From Balanoglossus misakiensis (lineage: Eukaryota > Animalia > Hemichordata), in the NCBI GenBank assembly GCA_040954595.2, contig CM082579.2, positions 3,337,227-3,401,226 of the forward strand: a stretch of 64,000 nucleotides of DNA. Direction: 5' to 3'. Within the stretch, counting starts at the first letter, position 1. Each line of letters starts with the position of its first letter. Below are positions 49,168-60,100 of this stretch, piece by piece. The notes below the pieces were generated by a model. It did not search any database, was not told where the DNA came from, and saw only the letters and a program-made list of their open reading frames with translations. The position numbers and the translations under genes are program-made.

Positions 49168-52100
49168 CTACCTGATAAGAAAACTGGGAGAAGAAAACAC
49201 AAAGCGATAAGTTTGCAGTTCAGTGGGTTTGCGCCATCTTTATACACATACCAAATTGGAGTTAATAATAAGATCTCTTTCATGCCTGAAAATTCTGAAG
49301 AATACTGTACAATTGGCAATTAATTTGATAATTATCCATTAAACGGTGAATGGTTGGTGTGCATCACCTTTATACATATACCAAATGGGGGGAAAAAATA
49401 AGACCTCCTTCATGTCTGAACACTTTAAAATTACTGTACACAGCATGAGTGTGTGAAACAATCACAGACATGTTCTGAATCCAAACAAAACAATTAATCT
49501 TTTTTGCAATTTTATCAGCTGCTGCTGGACTTACCTGTATGGGTACCCATGGTATTTAGATCTGAACACAGACAACAAGATACTGAAGAAGACCACTACG
49601 GTGGCTAAACCTAAAATAGTTACAACTGCAATTGCACAAAGAGAGAAAAGAAAAAAAAAGTTAAAATATAAAGCAATCAAAATTGACAAGCGAAGTTTTT
49701 ATATTCACTTCTACTTTTATGTTCAGATTTTATTTCCATGGGTGATTAAAGAGGCATAGACAGTGAATATTCAAGAGAGGCTCATAAAATCACTGTGGTC
49801 TGCATTCTGGAAATGACCACAAAGTTAAAGTTTGCTGCATGAAGAAAAAGGAAAGATGTGAAGATCTGACTTACTTCTGCGTTTGCCTACATCACCTTTT
49901 TGGGTGGCACTCTCGTTCAGCAGCACAATACCAAAGGTTATTGCGGCATCTGTGAGGGATCTGGTTAAGGTCAAAGAACTATCTAGAGCATCGGGCAAGG
50001 CTCACTACGCTAACACGATGCTACAGCACAGGCCTTTACAATTCTGTGACAAAAAAAAACCCCAGCTGGACACCAATCCCACAATGATCATTGTTATTGT
50101 TGACAATTGCATTATAGTCCGGACTTGAAGACAACTTTCAAACAACAACAAATGTTGACTGTGCACACATGGGTTAATTTATGTTGAGGAGATTTAGACT
50201 ACGCATTTGACCCTGCCTCAGTGTGCTGAGCAAGAAACCATGCTTGATGCAAAGAACAAAAATACCAAGAAAATAGCCAAAAATACAGATAGTACGTGGA
50301 CCTTTAATGTCAATTTCATCTACAAGTCGATGTTTTGTTGGATTTTCGCACTTCATAAAATTAGTTTACGGAAGTAGGTAAGACCTAAAATTAATCCAAT
50401 TAGTTTAAAATAACATGCGCATTCATATTAATGTCTACTAACAATAAAATAATCAATAATACATAGCAGTGATGAAAAAACAGGAGCTGACATGCAAAAC
50501 ACAATGGAGAGAAAGAAAATATGCAAGTAGGGCAAGGGCAATGCTCATCATGGTGACATGTCTCGGGCAAGCAACACCTATTTTTGGAACATATGAAAAG
50601 TAAACCATGCCGATGGTGACCAGGTACTAGAGAAAAAATAAAGTGTTCCCAACAGATGGTGACCCGTCACCTGAATTACAGATGATGCTGGATGAAAAGG
50701 TGAGCTTTGAGGAGAACAAGTCACCCCTGTGTAATGATAGCACAAGGGTAAAATGAAGGACTGTGGTAGAAGGGGGCCCCAAAGCTGGGTGGTTAGTGGA
50801 GCACCGGAACTGGACATGGGCAAATGCTAAACCCACTGTAATGGAGACAATGGCTCTAGGACAGTCACCCCCTGGGCATTTTACCCACAAGACACTTTAA
50901 CCAATTTCCCCAACCTGTAGGTGGGAAATTTCTGGCGAGCAGGTGTCCAGGGGGTGACTGACCCGATACCCAGAAATGGTGATCAAAACGTGTGACACAA
51001 AAAATGTAAATAAAGGATACAGAGCAACATAACTATGTGTGTCTCACCAATGAACTGGGCTTGACTGCTGCCATGTATGTAATTCTGTGTGACACCCGTG
51101 AGAAGGGAAACAGAAAGAAATCAACAAACCACGGAAAAGCAAGATTCCTATTGGGTGAGACGAGGTTGGATTATGTTCAGACAATGCATGCTGACTTTAC
51201 ATGCATCTGGCAAGCATGGACCCAAAATACATCCACATGTGACCCTTCTCAGGTAAGTCGATGTTGCCAATGTGTGAACCAGCGCCCTCTATAGTCCAGT
51301 GTTACTTTTTTTACACAGGGAATAAAGGGTAGACTCAGGCAACTTGTTACTACCTGGGAGGGTCAGATATGCATGAAATTTCCAAATGGTATCTTTTTAT
51401 CTGTGAAGTGTGCAAAGGTGAATAGAAATCATAAAGGATACTCAGTAGAAGGACAATATGAGTCTCGGCAACAAATTGACCATTTCTACTGCCTTGAATG
51501 TAACTCTACAAACCAAAACAAGAACTGCATTAACATTCATCCATGGTGGTGTACTTGTGATGTGAGCATTCCATTTGACGTGTGTGTGTGGGCTGTGTGT
51601 ACAGTGCAAATGTTTACAGGGTGTGTCTCCTGCTATGATCAGTTTGATGTGGCATGCGAGTGGTAACTTTCTACTGAGGTACATGAAATTCCATTTTTTT
51701 GAATCCGTGAACAAGCTTTGGCAACATGTTTTGCAGAACAATAAACCTTACCATCTGTCCTGTCTGTGGGTTTTTATGTGCGTATGGTGGGCCTCTGATA
51801 TGATTCCACATCTGCCCCGAGGTCATGGCAAATACAATACACTGACAAATAAAAAAAGCAAATACAGAGAAAATGAATTTTTACAGAAATGTTATGTGTG
51901 TATATCCAGAGATAAACAACACTAGTCTTTCCTGTATACTTGATCAGATATCAAATATTGATGGCTAACCAGAATGTCACTTTCAATTGTTCATGTTCAT
52001 ATTCATGTTTTTCTATCTGGCTTGTGAAATCAGTGAAGTAATTTTATTCAGTTGCAAATTTCCTACGTTCATTTCCTATCACAGCTATTATTCACATCAC

Positions 52101-52616
52101 GGGTCCCTTACAACCTGCGTGTGTAGTGCCCAATGACTGTCTCCCATTTTTGGACATGGTGACTGCCGAATACAGGATGAAACAAAGAAGATTATTTCTT
52201 ACCAGTGCTCCGACACCCCACATTGTCTTGTTGTACAAGAATTCCAGGTTGTTGCGTCGAAGGTAGAGAAGACCACAGATAAGGGAGAACAACAACCCCA
52301 GTGCAATGGTGCCAGAATAGTTTGGTGGTCGGAACACACGGATCTGAAATCAATATTTACAACATCCTAATGTAGTACTAGTAAAACTGCTAGATAATGT
52401 ATGCTTCCTAATTGTGCCAGGTTAGCAGATACTAGCATACGTGTCTTCATTACAATCATGCATGGCAAGGTTTTATTTATCTGTCAGGTCAGACCTATCA
52501 AAGATCCATCACTAACCTACTGATGGCATTCTTTGAAAACAAAGTTCACTACTCACCACTATGTCTGTCCTTTCTCCAACCCACTTGGCTATTGACTCAG
52601 AAGCATATCCAAGCCT

Positions 52617-52651
<35 letters not shown>

Positions 52652-54485
52652 AACACTTCCTGTATCAATGACATGTGATACAATGTGGTCTTGTGTGTAT
52701 CATAAGCTAAACCTAATTCGTAAGTTTCTGGTCCATGCTTATTCCATGCTTATTGCTTTTCCATTAGACCTGTTTGAAGGGACAGACAGGGTTGACAGGA
52801 GGATCTTACCTCTGGATGTCATAGGTATCTCCTTTCTTGGGTTTCCCCTTGGGTGGAAAGTGCAGCAGAGCTGGGGCTGAGTGCATCTTCAGCTAAGACG
52901 AAAAAGATGATCAATTCATTAGTACATGTATATGATTTTTGGTAAAAAAAGTACATGTCTAACATCTTACACATACAAAATTATGCAAAATCAACAAATT
53001 TCCATTGTTTATTATATTGGTACAAGTCCAGCAAATAGAAATTACTTCGTTGAATATATTCAGAACCAGTGAAAAGTGAAGATTGACACTAATCACAATA
53101 GACAATACATGGACTGATCAAGAGCAGGAGAGAATATCAAGTGATGCAAAATACTTACAGAAGAAAAGATATCATGGGCATCATCATAATCCACACTGGC
53201 AAAGAACAACTTGTTACTGTAGGACTGGGAATATCTCCAAGAATTTGCTAGTATCTGAAACTCATCATTTACTTGTCTGTGACAAGAAAAACAGAAGAGA
53301 CAAAGATTCACAGTTTAAGGTTACCCAACCATATGCTTTATGACTTGTCAAAGTTGCCACACTCCATCTATTTGCTTGACTTAAAGAACCCAGGTATCTG
53401 ATTGGCCAGCACAATATCCCAATACGTGATTGGCTAGCATAACGAACCATATCTGATTGGCTAGAACAACGAACCACGGATATTTTGATCTTACCTGCAT
53501 ACTGTACACTGTCTCTGTGGTTGAAGAGCTGTGAACATCACAAGCATGGAGTAGTTGCGTGGTGTGGCTTTCACATACTGGCGAAATTTGTCTCCATTTA
53601 GGCGTATCACAGACCGCTTTGTGTTCCAGTCCATGAGCTGTTTCACACGGTCACCAAGTACTTGCTGTAATGAATAGTGGTGATTCATGAGTGCGATTGA
53701 TGTCAGAACTTCAGGTGAAAGTGTGTTCTGCTTAGATGATGACAAGATATGGCATCACCGGTCAGATTGGGTGATGCTGTAGCTCTGTGTGGCATGGCTT
53801 TGTGTTTTAGCCGGCTGTGCCACCAACTGAACCTTTGTTGACTACAATACTATACTACTAGCTACTATGCCATTTTATTTGTGGTGCTACAAAGCTTGCA
53901 CAAGTACACACTACTACTTCAAGTTCAAGGTTTTTTATTTCATTTTTTCCTTCAAAATAACCCCCACTCCCATACAACATTTGTTTTGTGATCTGAACCA
54001 TTCTTTTCTTTGAACCCTTTCACCTCTGCGAATGCAGAAGTCAAATTTACCACAGAGCTCTGGAAAACAATGGATTTGGGATCAAACCATGGCAATGAGA
54101 GGGTTAAGCTAATTGAGGATTACTAAATTACTATGCTCCTTCGTCACATTCAATTTCGGAATCTACCAGTCTTCGATAAATCAACAATATACGTGACAGT
54201 GGATGCTATGCATATACATTACTAGTTATGGTATCATCAATGATGCGTGTGGTGGCGAAATCCTACTGGCTGCTTCCTCCAGGATCACAGCCAATATGAT
54301 TTGCTGCACCGAAAACTACCGAAAGCTTAAAAATATTGCAAGTTACACTGATACCAAGTTAGCACATTAAATACGCTTACCTCCTTTTTCTTTGCATCAA
54401 CAACGGGTGTATTGGTGGCTATGAAATTAATAAATACGAATAAAATCAGCACAATCCACTTTCGCACACCTCCCGGTTCCGCCAT
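49168..54485 (-). CDS. TUSC3: Oligosaccharyltransferase oxidoreductase subunit MAGT1/TUSC3 (OST3/OST6 family)
   Basis: Signal peptide, then [38 protein letters not shown] (CxxC), [12 protein letters not shown]...[60 protein letters not shown] and [10 protein letters not shown]|SFLIR*. Exons ~54381-54485, 53495-53664, 53159-53276, 52811-52892, 52558-52615, 52203-52343, 51752-51841, [51442-51505 or 51021-51084], 49875-49949, 49535-49625, 49168-49183. Likely co-orthologous to both MAGT1 and TUSC3. Confidence 0.95.
49964..49970 (-). other. U12-type (minor spliceosome) branch point CCTTAAC
   Basis: The minus strand reads CTTTGACCTTAACCAGATCCCTCACAG|ATGCC. The branch site lies 12 nt upstream of the acceptor AG (49951-49950), with no long polypyrimidine tract. 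Confidence 0.88.
51021..51084 (-). CDS. MAGT1/TUSC3 alternative exon B (64 nt; [21 protein letters not shown]) with U12-type donor
   Basis: Polypyrimidine tract + ACAG acceptor; exon followed by GTATCCTTTATT (51020 downwards); phase 0 in, phase 1 out. Confidence 0.92.
51442..51505 (-). CDS. MAGT1/TUSC3 alternative exon A (64 nt; [21 protein letters not shown]) with U12-type donor
   Basis: TTCTTGTTTTGGTTTGTAG acceptor; exon followed by GTATCCTTTATG (51441 downwards). Same length and phases as exon B, 13/21 aa identical. Confidence 0.88.
52621..52648. repeat. (GA)n microsatellite forming the (TC)n pyrimidine tract of a MAGT1/TUSC3 acceptor
   Basis: Dinucleotide run adjacent to the acceptor at ~52616. 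Confidence 0.9.
54011..54107 (-). mobile_element. piggyBac-like MITE copy 4 (diverged) in MAGT1/TUSC3 intron 1
   Basis: TGAA-CCCTTTCACC...GAAAACAATGGATTTGGGATCAAACCATGG..TGAGAGGG-TTAA. Confidence 0.72.
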
Positions 54486-54700
54486 GTTGCCGTCTCCTTC
54501 GCTCTGCGCAGACTCGATCCCGGGAATCCATCCAGAAGCGAAGATGCAATTGGACAGTTTTGACTTGACCTGGATATTCAGGCCAATCAAATATGTCGTA
54601 TTTCTGAAACGTATTCGGGAAGTCTTTGTGAGAGCGCTGTATTGGTTGAACTATCGCTCAGGTCAGTGAAGTTTTTATCGTCATTTTTAACGTTTTTAAC
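54486..54700. promoter_or_regulatory. Probable MAGT1/TUSC3 promoter, possibly bidirectional with sarcoglycan
   Basis: CpG-richer segment with two oppositely oriented CCAAT boxes (GGCCAATCA ~54581, ATTGGTT ~54641) between divergently transcribed genes. Confidence 0.4.
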
Positions 54701-57112
54701 CACTTTTCACACTACTAAGTACGATTAATTAGTAGATCTATACCTAACCCGTTTCATCAGTTGGGCTTCATCCGTTTCCATGGTTATAATTCGACGCTAC
54801 CCTCGTCCAAGACTATAGTCCCCGTCCTATCGAGCTACTGTATAGTGACTAGTGTATAGTACTTGAATATGTAAGGAATTTCCTATGATCGTGATGTTTA
54901 CATTCGCTGATTTTGCCGTTCTCCACAGAACTATCACTGTTCTTTAGTCCAGCGCCAATATTCTAGAGCGATTGTGATGACTTAGGAAAACTTCATAACC
55001 TGAAAACGAGGTTGTGCCCAATGAGAGGCTCAGAAGATTTTCGGCCAGAGCGAGAACGTCCGAGGTTTTCACTTTCTGACCATCGAGTAACGAGTGTACA
55101 GACCCGATCGTTGTTCACAAATGGATCCATCCAACTTTAAAAGGCCCAGTTTGGTCAATTCTTCCAGTTGGCCCCCGTCAAAGCACAACCCAATAAATTT
55201 ACGGTTGACTTTTTAGAAATACTAACGATCATATATCATTTCAAAGAAATATTGTACAGGGGTTATTCATAAACATTCAGTAAAGATTTACTGGTGGAAG
55301 CAATATTGGATGATTATTCCAGTTTATTGTACAAGCTCATCATTTTCAATCGATTTTAATTTAAAAACATTACATCTCCACAAATGTACTCACAATGAAT
55401 AATATAAATGCAAACATGCCAATTCAGATATCTCGATTCCATTTCTTCTTATTTTAATAGATTCTTTTGAATAATAAAACAACTGAAATCAACCATAAAG
55501 TGAAATGTACATCATTCGCTGGTTACATTGTTTCAGTTTTGTAGTAACTGTTATTAAAGTTAAAGTGAAAACGGGGAGACAGTTTGGATGTAGTGTGGCG
55601 AGTTGTGTGTTACACTAATTGTCTAGTGGTTCCATTTGAAACATTGTGCCACAAAAGGGAGTAGGCCATTTTGCAAATGCAAATAAAGTTCCTTTGTTGG
55701 TAGGCACAGTGAGGAATAGCTGTCTGTCTGGGTGTGTTTGGAATCTTGCTGTGTAGGTCATTTAGCTGATAGGAAACGGAAGCAACCCAAACGATTTAAG
55801 TTCAGGTCGTGAAGACACTTAATCTGGTGTTTGGTGGAATTGCTACATGTGTGTTATAAGTAGTGATACAAAAGATAGTTGTCTGGCAGTAGCCAAAATA
55901 AGTCTTGTTTTCTGAGGTAATACCTTTTGTTGAAGTGCTAAGCTCAGTCTGATGACTTGTATAGCGTACATGAGACTTGTCTCTTCACACCCTGTACTTC
56001 AGTGTGTAGTTTCTGAGCACTTACAAACATATCTAAAAAAATATGATGGAAATTCATAGTTGGACTAAACATTATAAGTAATTGAAAATATAAAATCCAT
56101 ATTTGGAAAGAAAAGCAAGTGCCATAAAGGATGTTGTTATTTCTAACTATCCTCAAGAACAAGGATTATTCATTCCTGTTAGCATATTGAAAGCAAAATC
56201 AGATTTATAGATTTGTAGAGATAGAGGTCAGAGAAATGTAAAGTTAAATCTCCAGAAATAGCTCTGCCAGCTTACATTGTAGATAGTGTTGCTTCCAGAC
56301 TGTCGCCACAAATCACTGCTGACTGACTCCAGACTGCATTAAGGATGACTAGTGGATGATTGTCTCCGCTGCATGAAAAAGCGACAAGACACTGTTAAAC
56401 TAATGCACTTCAAGTTTAACATGGTTTCTCAGTCAGATACACACATATATATGTTACAAGACCCCTTAAATTCTCCAAAGGAGACCAGCTGACCCTTGAT
56501 CTAGCATTTTATGTTGCATGATATTTATTTAAAGTGTTTTATGGATTGTGGATTGAACAGACATATTCCCATCTATATCATTAATCTTTATCAATGCAAA
56601 ATTTGACATGAGGGAAATATGGTTTAATATCATTCATACCTCAGGGGGAGAAAAAATACATGTAGCATCATATGCAAATGACATGTAATTTTTCAGGCTT
56701 TGATTAATCGTCAAAGCAGGTATTGATTTTTCATCACCTGACTTCACTGTAAAGTGTCTCCTTGAATGCGTTCTGTGTACCAGGTACTGTCTGCAGAAGG
56801 AGAGATAAAATCAGACCCAGTTTTATGGTTTTGAGTTACAGTCATCAGGGTGAAGTGTCAGGGATATAGCAAAATAGCTGAAGGCATGTGTGGACTTTGA
56901 TAAAAATATAAAAAAAAACTGTCTGTGTTTCTGGGCATCAGTTTCTGAAAATATGGGTAATTTGCTTGTTTTCCTCAAATGTGTACAACATACTGTACAG
57001 GCTTGAATGATCCACTGGAAATATTGGATTGGCTAGATCTAACATTGCCATGGTAACTCAACTGTGAATAAATTTTCATAGGTGACCATGATGTACCTTT
57101 CGTTCTTGCAGA

Positions 57113-60100
57113 ATGGGTGGTAAGGGCGGAGCCAGTGGGAGCAGCTACACTCCAGTTGCACCGAATCATAGTGAGACAGCCGTGATCTACAAAATTGGTA
57201 TCTATGGCTGGAGGAAGAGGTGCCTGTATCTGCTGGTGCTCATTCTGATGGTGACAGTGATTGTGAACCTGGCCTTGACAATATGGATCCTCAAAGTCAT
57301 GGACTTCTCCATTGTAAGTAGTGGTGGATTGAAATTTGGGACAGGAATGGATGTGTGTGTCATAAAAAACATGCATATCTCATGTTCTGAAAGCTATTGT
57401 ATGAAAAATTAATAAATTCTGGATTGACTATTGGTCATGTGCTCTCTATTGAAGTTTCATTTTGTCTTCTCTTTTCGATCCTTTGTTGTGCCATCTCTGT
57501 AGCTATGACACAGATGAGCTGTTTGAAGCAACTGGGTCAAGAGCCTGAACAATTATTTGCCATTATTTTGAACCGGGTCAATAAAGTCATGCCCCTTGGA
57601 CATAACATGGCTGGCTTATACATGTATGAGGTGATCAATCATAATAGAGAATGCCTAACCTAGTTTTGGTAGAGGCAATCCACAGTACTAGAAATCACCC
57701 ACAATTCTCTTTGGTTTGTACTTTTGAAAGTTGCCTTCAGTTTCGGTTGAATGGTCCAAGGAACGTGAATGTTAATGACACGAACCGAGAAAATGAGAAA
57801 CGCCTTGATGGCTTTGACCTCTTGGCAGCAAGGATATCAAATCCTCTTGTCAACATTGACTTGCATGGTTTAAAGTGAACCCCAAGGTCATATGTTAGTC
57901 ATATGGGTATCAAAACTGGAGTCTTATCACTGCGGCGCTATAATTTGATTACACACATATGTGACCCGCAGGCAATATTTAGTGGACATGTATTTAGCAG
58001 TAGACATGGCTGAAGTCTGGCTGACTGTGTGTTTGCATTGAATGATGTGTGGACAAAGCATTCACCAGATGTATGCAATTAACGTGCATATTACAGATGT
58101 CGACCATGCATATTAATAATAGATCATAATTGGACTTTGTATCAGATTATGTCAGTGTTTATTTCATCATGAATGTGGTGGTCATTATCTACACTGCAAG
58201 CGTGTGAAAGTAAACAGTTTACAGTCAATTTTGCTAAGTATATAATTTGCGTCTAATGATACATTAAAATGTAAAATGACAATGTTTGGAATTGGTGGCC
58301 CTGAATTCCAGTTGAATATTGTTGTGAAACTTATCTTATTTCTGATGTCATCTTTTTGATTACAGGATGGTATGGGTCAGCTGAGAGTAACAAAGAAGGG
58401 ACTACGGCTGGAAGGCCAAAGCGAATTTCTCAGGCCACTTTATGCAGCGGAAATTATTTCGAGAAGAGTGAGTATTTTGTTGACAAAAACTCGAAACTGT
58501 AAAAAAAAATACTGCTACTTTCCCTTTTAATTAAACTACCTACAGAGGCCTCTGGTTCTGCACGACTGGGGGTTGTTCTTATCTCAATATAAAACGCAGA
58601 GTGCAAACTGAACGATCTGCATACCATCCCTGGCACATCTGTCAGCGTCTCGACCATTTCACTGTCTTTACACTGAAAAAAGAAATTGGCTGTTTGAAGC
58701 TAGTCAAGGTTCACAGGGTTCGTCTGCTGTGAACATAAGAAGGAGAGTAATGAATCCCTGTGCCCTAGAGATCTTGCTATTACTTTGCTTAAATTGTCCT
58801 GCCATGGTTCAAATAGAATTCTGTTTCCATCAGTGTAGACTTCAGAGCTGTATACTGCCAGCTTGGATCTGAGGCTTCGTGGTGACATTCTGTAATCTAG
58901 TCAGGTGTCCTCGGGTTCAGTGCACCTGAATTAACTGCTTAGTCGCACGCATTGGATTTTGAAATTATAAGGTTCGTGCCGGAGAATTAGGAGTGGTTGC
59001 ATCCCCTGAAAGTCAGTCACGCATTGATATTCAAATGATTGGGGTAAAGAGAGAATTATTGTGGAAGGTAATCAGCCCTGCCCCGGCTATAATGATGCAT
59101 CCAAACATTTGAAGACGATCATCGGTGATTGACTCAAAAGGGGGATGCCACTACGCTGAATTTCCCCATGGGCGGTTTTGACCTTCTAGTTTTGAAAATC
59201 AAACGGTTCGCCAGTTTGCCGAGTAAATTCTGAGGCTTGTTTGAGGACCTGAAGAGACTCTTGGAGACTAATCGTATTGGAGATCTACATCACAAATCTC
59301 GGCTGATATTTAAAGATTTTTTTTGTTCGTCTGTGAGAGAAGATCTCCCGGGGGACAGATGTATTATCAGCCATCTTTCACACCAAATCTCCAGCATTTG
59401 AAATAAAATATTTGCGACGGTGCAAATGCCCACAGTAATGACACACAAAGAAACACTTGCAATTAGGGTGAGAGTTTGTTCGTACAGAGAATGTCTTCTT
59501 CTTCAGGCACAAACCTTATTATACTGTCAAGCTGAAAGTTTATTGACCTCTGCGTGTTACTCTTGGAGTGATATCCTATTACTTATTGCCACAATTATAG
59601 GTGTATTGATCATTTTGTGTGAATAGTTCGCCGCCGCAAGGCTGTGCAAACTGATCAAGCAGTCACCTCGTCTGCCCGTTATGTGTGGTATTCCTTGCGA
59701 TTGCCCAATTATTCCTCGGGAACATGTTTGCAGTTTTTAGCTGGAGATGCATCACTTGTTCTTGTGGGATGACCCCTAATGGATCTTGCGATCAGAGGCT
59801 GCTTGCTTGTTAGGCGCGCTGAAAGCAACGGAGACCTGTATGTCACGCATACTGCCATGCCCGATTTTAGAGGGCACCTGTAATCACGTCATAGATTTGC
59901 ATCAAGTGTGGAAAGAATTTTTAGCAGTTATGCCTTTATATTAATAATTCACAAGCGTATTGAGTACTGTAGATTTCATCCTGATGACAAGAAATGACAA
60001 ACCTGCCAATTCTGCTCAAAATGTGCATTATCAAAATTTGGATATTTGTTTGCTTTAAAAGTAGTCAAACCAGTTGTTAATTTCAACGAGAGTGTTTGGG

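Noticed and set aside
49951-51020. A third copy of the alternative MAGT1/TUSC3 exon
   Set aside because: No further GTATCCTT donor or ETHIV-like reading frame was seen in this intron.
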